From Eledone cirrhosa (taxonomy: Eukaryota), in assembly GCA_964016885.1 (NCBI GenBank), contig OZ024747.1, positions 78,926,001 through 78,990,000 on the forward strand: a DNA stretch of 64,000 nucleotides. The letters are read 5' to 3'. Each line of letters starts with the position of its first letter. The stretch's first letter is position 1. The notes under the pieces were generated by a model. That model made no database searches, was not told the origin of the DNA, and saw only the letters and a program-made list of their open reading frames with translations. Shown piece after piece: positions 26,528-39,155 of this stretch. The position numbers and the translations under genes were made by a program.

Positions 26528-26713
26528 CGTGTGCTACCAATAAATCTTACCTCCGAACATACTGCAAAGAACTTTTCCCCCGGAAAACGGAGGTGGGGAC
26601 CCTCAGACCTGCCCCTCAAAACGGAGTTTTCTTTATCCCCTAGCCCTAACCCAACTATAAACCCTGGGGGCTTTGCAACATGTTTGGCGGTAGGATTTGT
26701 TGGATAGTACACG
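26528..26713. mobile_element. MITE with ~43-bp imperfect TIRs (CGTG...CACG) and internal CCCTAACCC
   Basis: cgtgtgctaccaataaatcttacctccgaacatactgcaaag versus the reverse complement of 26671-26713, cgtgtactatccaacaaatcctaccgccaaacatgttgcaaag. A second left-half copy lies at 26374-26489. Confidence 0.75.
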
Positions 26714-26757
26714 AAAAAATATATTTCCTACTGAAACCGGTGTGGATGTCTTTCTAT

Positions 26758-26935
26758 AATAATTGGTTCTGCTTTTGGCTCAAGGCCAGCAATTACCTCA
26801 GTACGTGACTGGTACTTTATTTTATCGACCCCGAAAGGATCAACGGCAAAGTTAACCTCAGCGGGATTTGAACTCAGAACGTAAAGGGCCATAACTATAT
26901 GCTGTAAAGCATGGTGTCTGGCACTCTACCAATAC
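26758..26935 (-). mobile_element. SINE family A
   Basis: Family central domain and B box present. Confidence 0.9.
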
Positions 26936-27599
26936 TATATCAATTGTGCATGTTCACACACATACATACACAGTTGATATACCCATGAAATATGCATTAA
27001 CCAAAGTATTAAGTATGAAATTAATCATGTCCAGAGTTAATTATCTGAGGTTATAGACATTTTACTAAAATATTTTAACCGAACATTCATTACATACATA
27101 CATATCAAAATAAACACCTGTGCGCACACACACGGGGGTGGGGGTCCACACATGAGTATGTGTGTATGTATATATGTGTGTGTTTATTAAATACGAGGCA
27201 TAATGTCCAGATATCTACATATATATATTCTTATATAGACATATACTTAGCATTTATTGACCTGGAGGAGGATTTTTTCAAAGGCCCACACCCTGTAAGA
27301 GTTCCTGATAATGGCCTGGAGAACCACAATAAATCATGGCTGAGAACTGAGCCCTGGTGGACACCTGCATGACAAATTCATGACTGAACTCATTGATAGA
27401 GTGTCTCTCAACATGGCTTATACAATACTCAAAAACCATTTATTTACCCTTATAGACTTTTGTATACAATGACCAAGTACTTATAGGTAACTTAGTTAAT
27501 TATGAGAAGAAATCCAGGCATTGAAGCCATACCTGGAATCAAACAGCTTCGAAGTAAACTAGCAAAAACAGGACCATGCTACTATCAGGAAAATGGTCA

Positions 27600-28040
27600 T
27601 ACAGAAAAAGAGACTAAAAATGTTATATGGTTTACTCAGTGTAAACTATGGATGCAAAAGATATGTCTAGTTAGGTCATGCACAGGCTGACAACAAAGGT
27701 AGACAGATACATTGTTGTTAGCAATAAAGTGGAAAAAGTTCAGATTACTTCTGCTAGCAACAAAAGGCTTCTCACTCAGAGAGAAAAGGAAATTCTATGA
27801 TATTTGTGTACAAAAAACTGCAATGTTGCATGATAGTGAGATGTGGGCCTTGAATGTGGAAGATTTGCAAAGGTTGGAAAGAAATAAAACAAAGATGCTG
27901 TGCTGGAAGTGTAATATTAGTGTACATGAACGATGGGGCAGAAATGAACTGAGAGAAAAGCAAGATATAAGAGGAATCAGATATAGTGTACAAGAAAGAA
28001 GACTGTACTGGTATGAGTACATGATGCATACAGATGAAAC
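27600..28040 (+). pseudogene. RTE ORF 3' fragment
   Basis: WKKFRLLL..ATKGFSLREKRKFYDICVQ..MLHDSEMWALNVEDLQRLERN..MLCW.CNIS...ELREK...VQERRLYWY: RTE C-terminal domain, with indels. Confidence 0.85.
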
Positions 28041-29967
28041 ACCAGTCTGTTACAACTCCAAATTGCAGCTGGTATTCTTTCTATTTTTTTTCAGCTAAAT
28101 AGGTTGGATTGATGCAAAATGAAGTATCCTGCTCAAGGACATAATGTGCTACCTAGTCCGGGAATCAAACCCAAGCCCTTACGGTCATTACCCCCAACTT
28201 ATATATATACTCATATATAATATTGAGTTGTTAATTATCTGAAATACACTTTAACATATTTTCCTATTGGTTGGAGAATTGTGCATCAGTAAATATCATC
28301 TCTTAGTAATCACTATGTTCCAGGTTTGAACTTGAAATATCAACTTATGTTAATATTTCAACTCTTGCTACTTTGTTTTATATTTGCTCCAAAGAAGTGA
28401 AAAATGAATCAATTATTTCTAATGCTTTTATATAATTCTTTGGCTCTTGGCAGGAACATTACTGATGTGGTTCCTTTATTATTATGGTGAAACATCAATA
28501 AAGTTGTGTCCCTGATAATACATTAAAAGGACCCCAGTTCAGTCTTGCATGACAAGTGCAGAACCATAACAAATGTGTATATTATTTGTCACTCCAATAG
28601 TATCTGTTCACTAGAACTATGTCACAGTTTCATTCAATGTGGTAATTAGCATAATGTCTGGCTCCTTAACCCATAACCACCTGAAACCACCCACAGTTCT
28701 AAAAAATAAAACCCATTTATTTCAAATTGTTTATATTTATCTAAAAACCTTCAATCATAATTTTATGTAAGAACCTTTATTACACAGCTTATATTACAAA
28801 TTCAATACAAATTCTTGATTATTTTCAACATTAGTTGAAAATAATAAGCATTGTCTTTCATTAGAAATATGGTAATGAAAGGATTAATATGTGATACTTG
28901 TATGGCCATTTACAAATTGTACAAGGCAGTTGAAGAGTTTTTAATAGCAAAACACTGTTCCTATACTGTACTGAATGTTATTGATGGATTTTGGCCCCTG
29001 ATATACCTTAAACCTACAGAAAACAGATCACTGAACATTGCTCTTCATTGGAGCATACAGAAAGCAGAGCAGTCCAAGTTAATAACAAAAACTTAATTGA
29101 CATTTCATGTTCAAACCTGCAGGAGATGACTAAAGGGAGACCACATCTTGTGATTCAGGAGCATCTAATTTTGCTATCGATATGAAAAGTTCTAAGTACA
29201 TTGTGGATAATTAATGGCAAACTCATTTATATAGATATAATATTTATATAATATATATATATATAATATTTATATAATATATATATATATATATATATGT
29301 GTGTGTAAACATCTAGGCACACACTTTATACATATGCAAATATATCATCATTTATATCTACACAGATGGAACTTGTAGAAGGGAGTGACAAAAGAGCATA
29401 TGGAATGAAATGGTGAAGCCTGATCTCAAGAATGGGATGGCAAAGGATCAGAAGAACAGTGAAGAAGACTTACTGAACTCATACAAAAATGTTGGTGTAG
29501 TGGTGATGGAGATTGGGATGTTTGATCAAACAACTAGAATATCATTGGAACTGATAGAGGTTTAACACACACAAATACATACATGTCTACACAAACCTAT
29601 ACACTACTGGTTTCAGTCATTGGGCTACTGTCTTTAAGGGTTTATTTAATTTGGTACTTATTCTTTTCAATGCCACAGGCTGGACTGGTAAGTTACAGGT
29701 CATAAACATCACTGTAGACAAATACTGACTCACACATGTATGACAGGCATCCTCATAGTTTCTGTCTACCAAATTCAACAAGCAAGGCATTGGCCAACTT
29801 GAGGCCGGCTAGCCAGTGAAACTGAACTTGAAGCTACATGGCTGTAAAATAAACTTCTTAACCACAAAACCACACATGCACAAGACACACACATACAATG
29901 ATGATGATGATACATATTGAATGTGCGTACTTCCAATCCTGTCTCTCTTTGTGAGGTACGTGTGTAA

Positions 29968-30011
<44 letters not shown>

Positions 30012-30243
30012 ATATGTGCATTTAGAGATCTGTGCATTCATCTGTATACATGTAATTCAGTGAGAGGAGATATACACACATCAATAACTGTATGTGTGTG
30101 TGCCTGTATCATCAAGACTGTGTGTTAAATGATGTGTGTAAAGAACTCGATAAAAAAATTACTATAAGTCACGTAGATACAGCATAACATTTAAGAAAAT
30201 CTTTACATATTCGGCACCCTAGCAACGCCAGGTAACACTGTTC

Positions 30244-30246
30244 GTG

Positions 30247-30300
<54 letters not shown>

Positions 30301-30407
30301 TATGTATATGTGTATATATATATATGGGTGTATGTGTATATGTATATATATTATATATATTATGGAATACTGTTGGCTTCTTGCTCACAATAATTTCTAT
30401 ACTTTTC

Positions 30408-30460
<53 letters not shown>
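30244..30460. repeat. (TA)n/(TG) microsatellites
   Basis: Direct reading. Confidence 0.95.
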
Positions 30461-30464
<4 letters not shown>

Positions 30465-30577
30465 ACAATAGTAATAATAATAAATTCGAAGACTAAAATC
30501 CAAAGAGGGCTCGATAAGGATAAATATATATCAAATATATAAGAACCCTAAAGCAAATATTTATTAAAATAACAGAT

Positions 30578-30634
30578 TACAGTTTAAGCAAAGAATCGCT
30601 GCTTTCATCCTTAACGGGATCTTCTGAAACTATA
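30578..30634 (-). ncRNA. Hammerhead-like module, type I topology, non-canonical core
   Basis: tatagttt|CAGAAGA|tcccgttaaggat|GAAA|gca gcgattctt tgc|TT|aaactgta: stems I and III pair, but U4 is A and the base of stem II is mismatched. Confidence 0.4.
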
Positions 30635-30650
30635 TATATATGGGTGTATG

Positions 30651-30686
<36 letters not shown>

Positions 30687-31221
30687 CACCTATATATATA
30701 TATATGGGTGTATGTATATATATATATAATCTTTTACTGATTTCATCATTGGTCTGCGGTTATGCTGAAACATAGCCATCAAGGCTTTTAGGGGATCATA
30801 TCGACCCTTGTATTTATTTCAGTCCTGTACTTAAATTACCGAATATGAAATTTCGTTTGGGGGTATGAAAGAGACAACTTTACACCGGTAAACAAAAATA
30901 CACATGCCCCCGCCCCTCCCACAGTTTCTGTTTCCCAAATTCCACCCACAAAGTATATCTAGAATAAAAGACAATTACTCTAGGAACTGCAGCTCAGTGG
31001 TATCGAACCCGGAAACACGTGTTTATAATGTAAACTACTCCAATACATTTACCGTTTATGTTACAAGAGATGCCTGCAGTGGAGAATATCTAGTTTACAA
31101 CAGGTGACTAAATACGCAGACACACATATGTTTACATAAATGCATCATTGAATACACAGGTTTACAACCGATGAAAGTCTTAGAATAAATATAAATGCCA
31201 AACCAAGTTATGAAATAGAAG

Positions 31222-31430
31222 ATAATAATAATAATGGTTTCTGATTTAGGAACAAGGCCAACAATTTGGGGCGCAAGGGAAAGTCGATTAGATCGACTCA
31301 GTACATTACTGGTACTTTATTTTATCGACGACCCCGTCAGTTGAACTCGACAGGATTTGAACTTAGAACGTAGAAAGTCGTACCTGAATGCTGCAAAGCA
31401 TTTTGTCCGACACTCTACCGATACTACCAA
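31222..31430 (-). mobile_element. SINE family A with (AAT)n tail
   Basis: Family match; CpGs retained. Confidence 0.88.
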
Positions 31431-31490
31431 TAGTTAGAGATTGTACACACACACGCAAATAACTAATGTGTGTGTGTGTATGATTTTTCT

Positions 31491-31717
31491 TTAACCCTTT
31501 AGCATTTAAACCAGCTGTATCCAGCCAGAATTCTCTCATCCTTTTCTGTTCAAACCGGCTGTAAATGGCCTCTCATACTGATGTTAAGGTATTGTTCTCA
31601 AAATAAAAAACATCAAAATCTCATAGATTCAATATTGTGAGATAATTATGTGAGGTAAAGTGTTTACCACAAGAATATAATAGTAAATACAGAGTAATGT
31701 AAATGCTAACGGGTTAA
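31491..31717. mobile_element. piggyBac-type MITE family A
   Basis: TTAACCCTTTAGCATTTA ... TAAATGCTAACGGGTTAA. Confidence 0.9.
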
Positions 31718-32399
31718 AATACCTTTTTAGCGTACTTTTCATAATAGGAAATCGAAAATGTTATTCAATTAGTTACTGAGTGAGCAAACAAGGGTGCCTC
31801 TACGTGGTCATTCAATCTGCTAGAAATGACAGCCAAATCTGCCTTCAATCACATCCATCCTTCCAAAGTTTAAGGAGATGGGGGCTACTAGTAGATAATA
31901 TAGCCCTGGATACCTTCCAAAACGATAAAGGTTCATAGCAGGAATTACTTTGGTGGTTGGTCTGCTGAAAAAGGGTTAACCTAAGGTTGCACCAGAATAA
32001 GGCTTTATAATGTATTTAGTTAGATGTCTACAAGATTAAAATATTTCAATTTCAATCCCTTATTCCACCACTTTTCAGTTGATATCATACAAAGTGGGCC
32101 TAGCTTTGGAAATTTTGCTTATTCTGCAAAAAGGTTTGCTTTTTTTAAATTATTTTTTAAGACCCCCGAAAAGCTTTGAGTAAACCTATAATGAAAGACA
32201 ATCAAGCCATGACTACCACTCCCTCTTTTTTAAGACCTGCAATGAGTCGTTCCCTTTCCTAAAACAGTAGTGTATAGTTTGAGAAATATATGGCTGCTAT
32301 TTCTAGTGGAACAATAAGGATGAATCTAAACGTTAGAGGAAATGTGGAAAATCTTGGTGTCTTAGTGTCATGTACATGTGTGTGTCTGTAGGTCTCTGA

Positions 32400-32875
32400 G
32401 TGTGCGCACACATTAATGTGTGTATATAAGTACCCATACATATGCGTGTCAGAATGTGTGTGTGTGTGCGTGTACACACACACATATATATATACACACA
32501 CTCACACAGACATGTATATACACACACAGACATATATATATATATACACACACACACATATATATACACAGACATAAATACACACACGTATATATATATA
32601 TATACACATATATACACATATATATACACACAACACAAACACATATATATATACACACACACATATACACACTTATATACATACACACACACATACACAC
32701 TTATATACATACACACATACACACACTTATATACATACACACATACACACACTTATATACATACACACACTTATATACATACACACATACACATTATATA
32801 TATATATATATATATAATCTATAAAGAGAGACGTTGTAAACTACGTACCTTACACGGTGTGTGTGTGTGTGTGCG
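32400..32875. repeat. Compound (CA)/(TA) microsatellite with acttatatacatacac subunits
   Basis: Direct reading; explains the HTHIY ORFs. Confidence 0.95.
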
Positions 32876-35800
32876 AGTTTGTCGTAAATACATATTTCGC
32901 TACCAAAATTATCTATTCCGCAAATAAAACCGCGCTATATTCATTTTCGAAGCAGATCGATAACTTATATTTAGCTCCACGCTAGCATTGATTCAAAGAT
33001 AGTACGGATGTTGTGGGTGTATCTATATCTATCTATATGGACATCTTTTCGCCAATAGCAACACCACAATTTTATATATCTTGTACGCATTTCTAAGTGT
33101 GTGAAGGTGTTTCCGTATGTGTGCATGTGTATGTATGTATGTGGGCGTATTTTAAACATCATATATGGAATTTCAGTATTATATATGAAATAGAAATTAA
33201 TTCAAATAAATGTTATTTACACAATAATTAAATAAACAGGACAATACTGAAGGTGGGTGTCATATGAAGGAAATGATGTTTCATCGTAGGCAATTAATTA
33301 GAGGAGATCAGTTAATCTGTCTTGTTAAATAAATAAGTTATACAATGAATCGCTAATATTTCAATAGCTATCGTTAGACAATGTAACCACAATGATTTGT
33401 TTTTATTTCTTTAATATATGATAGTTATGACAGACAGACATCACATATATACATAATATATAGATGTGTGTATGTTAGATAATCATAAACAGGCAGACAG
33501 ATATTCAGATATGGAGACAAACACACACATATTTAGATACGTAGACAGAGATGGACATTGAAACAGTAAGATATAAGCGTAGAGAAAAGAGTTTAATGAA
33601 TGAAAAAGAGGGCGGGAGGAAGGATGAGCAGATAAATCCGCTGATAAAGTGGCAACGAGTGGTGTTTTGAAGAGGACTAACAAGTTTAAAATATTCCATT
33701 AAAGTGCTATATATAAAGCAGAGTTATTATATGATTAAATGTTGAGTGAAAGTAAAATACAGTCGAAGTGAAGATATAATTTAATTTATTTTATAAGTTT
33801 TCGACGGGAAAAATAAACAAGTGAAAAATTAGAAGGCCAAAAAAGGTTGTGTAATAACAAATTAGCAATTAGTATATATTTTGGTGAGCAAGTTAAGCTG
33901 TGAACAATTTCCACTGGGCGGGCAGCTGACTGGCTGGCTACTTGGCTGATTCAACTGATGATGTCCGTGCCATAAAAACGTTAATTTTTCTCAATACCAC
34001 CAACATTACCAGTACAACCACCATTTTCCTATATTATTATTATCACTGCTGTTGTTATTGTTGTTGCGTAGAATACACACTAGAAATTAATTTAAAATAA
34101 TTTTTGCAATTAAAATATAATTCTTTTTGCTGCCGTGTCGAAACCAGAATTATACACCAATTTATTATATTCGTCATCACCGATGGTCTGGCTTTCTTTC
34201 GCAATCTTCAACTAAGTTAAAACGGTTTACTCAGCAAATGATAATATAGCACAGAAGATTGATGAAAACAATTTCGACTAAGAAGAGAGCTATGAATAAC
34301 AAAGAAATCAGTTTTGCTTGGACATCAATCACCAACATCAAACGAAACTACAAGTGCCGTAATTAAGCTACAAGAGAACAAAAATGATGGTGAAGACATG
34401 AAAAAAAATAAAAATAAAAAAACACTTGGTAAGCATTAGAGAGAAACTTATTTATCGTGACCTATCTTACGTAAATAAAATACAATTTCTTGTGTTGATG
34501 GTTGATGGGACAGTGTCAAGTGTGTGTGTGTGTCAGAGAGAGTATGTACACTATATAAACAACATATTGAAATAAAGCAACTGGCCATATCTGTAGATGA
34601 CAGACAGTTCTCTACTATTGACATAAAAAGAATTAACAGAAAACAAATTAAAATTCAAGTTCCACTAGCACAAATAAACAGCTAGTGTAGAAAGCAAAGT
34701 CGTTGATTGTTTTATATTACAATATGTTAGTAAAGAAAATTGGAATTTAAGCAAGAGCCAAAATCTTCAACAGAAATGACATAGTTTTGTGTTGTATTTT
34801 CCTCATTACCAAAGTAATGGCACCGATTGTGATGTCGCTATTAATAACTGTGTTAGTAGTGCTGGCTGCAAATGTTTATTATTGAAATAAACAGACGAAG
34901 CAGTTTTGTTGTAGTGAGGCAACGAGACTGTGGCTTCAGCAGATTAGGACCGAGGTTCTTCCCCACTGTTTATATATCTTAAACAATTCTCTCTATATTA
35001 CACACACTAAAAAAATGACAGGAGAAAAGCCATGGTCAGTTGATTTAATCGAGTTTATATATATATATCAAGTCTATATATAATACGGAAGCCGCTAAGC
35101 TAAATTTACTATCATCCAGACTTTCATCGTTTCTTATGAAATGTTAGGAAAACATACGGATAAATAAATAATGCTTAAAGTCGCATCAATTAAACAACAA
35201 AACATCGTAAAGTTAAAGCGTATGGTTGTAATATATAGTAAATATTATTCATACGCCTCGACAGATCCAGAATGGCAGTTTCGATTAAGTATGATAACAC
35301 AAAGGAATCTAAGAGGGTTACCAAAGTTTAGGTATAATACAACGACCATCAACGACACTAAGAGAGACAAATAGAAGCTAAAGTTGACGAGTGGTGGCAG
35401 AGAATTCTGCCGATCGTCTTTGCCATGTTTGGCCTATGCGGTAATTATAACAGCGGAGTAAGATTAGCTGAAGTCAGTGTCAGGGATCTCCTACAGCTGT
35501 GGACAAAAAATATGTCTTGTTCCTAAAGTTGCTGTTACTCAACAATGAAAAAACAGTCGGAGATTACCTACCTGATGGCAGCTAACATGGACATGTTGAA
35601 TCACTAGTACAAACATCCAGAAACGGTAGTGTTTCGAAAAAGCATTGCTCACAGCTTAATGTTGTCAGAGACATACAGGCAGGCAGACAGGCTAGCTGAC
35701 TGGAGCAGTCTATTTGTTGAAGTCAAGGGGGTGTTACTCAACCATTCAATTACTCTTTACTAGTAGCAACACAACGACTAAGAGAGACAGAAGAGGGAGT

Positions 35801-38800
35801 GAGAAGCGGCGTGTTGCTATTAACAGCTAATTAAATAATATAAACATCTATCAGTCTGTCTATTTATAACTATCTATTTGAAAGACGGTGTATGCGTGCG
35901 TGAATGTACTTCTATTTTTATTTATTATCAATATTTATTTTTATTCGGTTCTACCCGTGGACTTATCAGCTCGCACACCCCTTTGGAGTTGAATAGACAG
36001 AATTACGGTGCTTGGATATTTATTCCCTTCCTCATTCAGGGAGTTAGCTATTATTGGCCCACGTTGCTAAATATAGTTGTTTGACCTTTGCAACGAAACT
36101 ATAGATATTCTTTTCCCCAGCTCATTGCAAATGCAAAAACAAATCAATAGCAAGGCTTTAGAAGTTAATACTAACCTCAATCGCTTCACTATTGCTTCTC
36201 TTTATATGCATATTGCTGACAGTACATGCAGTTGTTACAGCTGTATTTGTTGTTGTTGTTGCCGCTGCTGCAAACCAAGAACTAGGGGCGGCACTGGTCT
36301 GGGTTGGGTGTCTAAACAATTGCGGCATTACTAAGACAAGGATCCACCCAGGTTGGCAGTAGTAACTGCGGTAGAGAGTGCATACATCGCATGTGCATTA
36401 AACAAGAAACGGCAATCGAAGCAATTGCCATAACGCTCGTGCGTGCGCACGCCCGCGCACACACACACACACACACACTCACACACACACTCACATAACA
36501 CAACTAAAGCATTAAAAACTACCGGAAGGCAGGATTTTGTTTACACACACAGAAAAAGAGAACGAGAGAGAGAGGGAGAAATGGATGTTAGTATATCGGT
36601 ATGGTTGCATCAAGCTGAAATGAGACTGCACTAATTTACAGCAAAAAGGATGCGTGGCTAGGCTAAGCGGGTTACGAGAGCAGTGGTAGAGATATTGGTA
36701 TATAGATAGAAATACTTGGACAGCTGACGTAACACATCATACGGGATACAAGCCGTAAAAGAATATGGAATATGCAGATGCAAGCTTAATATATAGTAAA
36801 TCGGAATATTTAAAACCAAATGTAGTTAAGTGATTGTTAAAATGCAACAGAAAAACATGAAAAATTACAACTGGAAGCTCTTTCTGCGTGTAACATAAGC
36901 TAATTTAACTAAATATGTGATTTCGAGTTGTTTGGTAGCGTGGAAGTTATAATGAATAATTACTAAAAGTCACTTAAGTAAAATAACACATATGTTAGTC
37001 ATATGTGTGTGCGTTATCTTTGCATTGTTATATATATATATATATATGTCCGTATAATACACACGGACATGGATTCGCATGAAGTAGATACTTAGGGAGA
37101 TATAATAGTGTAATCAAACCAAGCTGCAGACATTTTTTTTTTTTTTTTTTTTTTTTTTTTGGTTCGCTCAGTGTGTGAATAGAAAAGGAGAGAAAGAGAA
37201 AATTAGAAAGCAATGAATGTAAGAAACACGATGATGTAATACTATTCTAGTCTTGAAAGACACGCAGGGATTTCAGTTACTAATAAAGCAAGCATGACAA
37301 TTTCAGATAATAGGCTTTTTATAGGGGATATATATATATATAGTCCAATTGAATCTAGAGTACTCTTTTATCGATATTCAGTCATAGTTTCTGTTTGTTT
37401 TCTTTTTCTTCTCTTTTTTTACTGTTTACTTGGGGGCGGAAGAGCAGTGCATATGACCTTTTTCTGGGTCTCGGTGGCTGGTAGATTATCCAGGCGGAGG
37501 ACAGGCTCATCAAACAGGAAACCTTGACCGAATGCTTGCAACAGAATAGAATTCATTGCAGGCACCCAGGGACTAGATTGTGGTATTAAAGAAGGCAATG
37601 GTTTTAGTTTATTACCCGAGTAGAGCAAAGTGCGATTTGAGTGTAGAATACAGAAAGCTGGAACGAATACCACAAGGCATCTAATCCGATGCTCTAACAT
37701 GTCTGCCAATTCCCCACAGTCGACTGGTACTTTGTTTTATCAACTCCAAAAGGATGAAAAGCAAGGTTGACCATGGCAAGATTTGAACTTAGAGCACAGA
37801 CAGCTGGAACAAAGTCCATAAGGCATTTTGACTGATGCTCAAACGACTCTGCCAACACACTGTCAAGCTTCCAGCTAGTGTTACAGTTACAGTCCACACC
37901 AATCTTTCACCATATTGTAGTAAGTCTCTGGGGTCAACCTTACTTTGCTGTTGGTATAGCTAAAATAGTTACTAGTAATAATTTGAGAACAATTTCATTA
38001 ACTTAGAATATTCCTATAAAAGAATTGCCCATGTAGCCAGTCATTTAATAAAACTTATTTTATCAACCCAAATTTGAAGATCTCTGTCCTCAAACCCTTT
38101 ACATGCTATCACCACCCAACTTCTTTTACCACAGCCACAGAGTAGATGAGCTGCCCTTGCCTACTGAAGGAAGGTGGCGGATTGGTTTTGACTATAGATT
38201 TGGCTGAAGCCAACCTATAGCCTCTTTGGGTCCTTCTTCAGTGATGTCAACACTCCCCAGCTCAATTGGAAATGCCTAAGCTGCTGCCAGTCTTTATATA
38301 TGTTTATTATTGCAGTGACCATGACCCTTTTTCAAGCCCTTCAAGAATGGTGGGAGAGAGCAGGGAAGTATCCTTAAACCAAAGATCTGGCCTAAATGCT
38401 TGTAACAGAGTGGAACCCATTAAAGGTACCTAAGGGCCAAGAGGTGATGTTAAACTAGGTGAAGAATTAAGTTTACACCCAAAGTAGAGAAACGTTCTAA
38501 TAATTCCACCAATCCACTGCCTGGGGTTGGTACTTGATTTTATCGACTCAGAAAAAATGAAAGGCGCAGCTCACCTATTAAGGATTTGAAGTCAGAATGC
38601 AGAGAGCCAGAACAAATTCCACAAATCATTTTGTCTTACAACCCTACCAAATTGTCTTCTTAAAGTCGCAATAGACAGCAACTAAGCAAATTATCTCATT
38701 GATAAAGCAAACCAAATGCTGCTCTAATTTTCCCATTTAGTAAGACTTATCCTCTCTTGTTGGTGACACTGTCAATTTCCACATAACTAGTTTGCAAATG

Positions 38801-39155
38801 TGGTCCTTGAAATATTTCCACACCAGGAAAGAGTTATGCAGGTTCCTATTTACTGATTTGTTCTATATTGAGTGTACAGGTCATAAATTTGTGGTTTATG
38901 TAACCAACTACCTAAAAACTGTGGACAACTTATCCATCATATCTGCTAACCTGACAAAAAATACGATCTGAACGACCGATTTTGATTTGTCCAAGTGCAC
39001 ATCGGAGCACTTGGGAAATCAAAATCTTATGGCTGGAGGTACCTGAAAAGACTAGTGAGGCTTTTGCACACACCCTCATATCTGCTAAACTCACACAGTC
39101 CATACATGTAGCCAAGATGCCTTTCCAATCACCCATTAGCACTAATTAATGAGAT

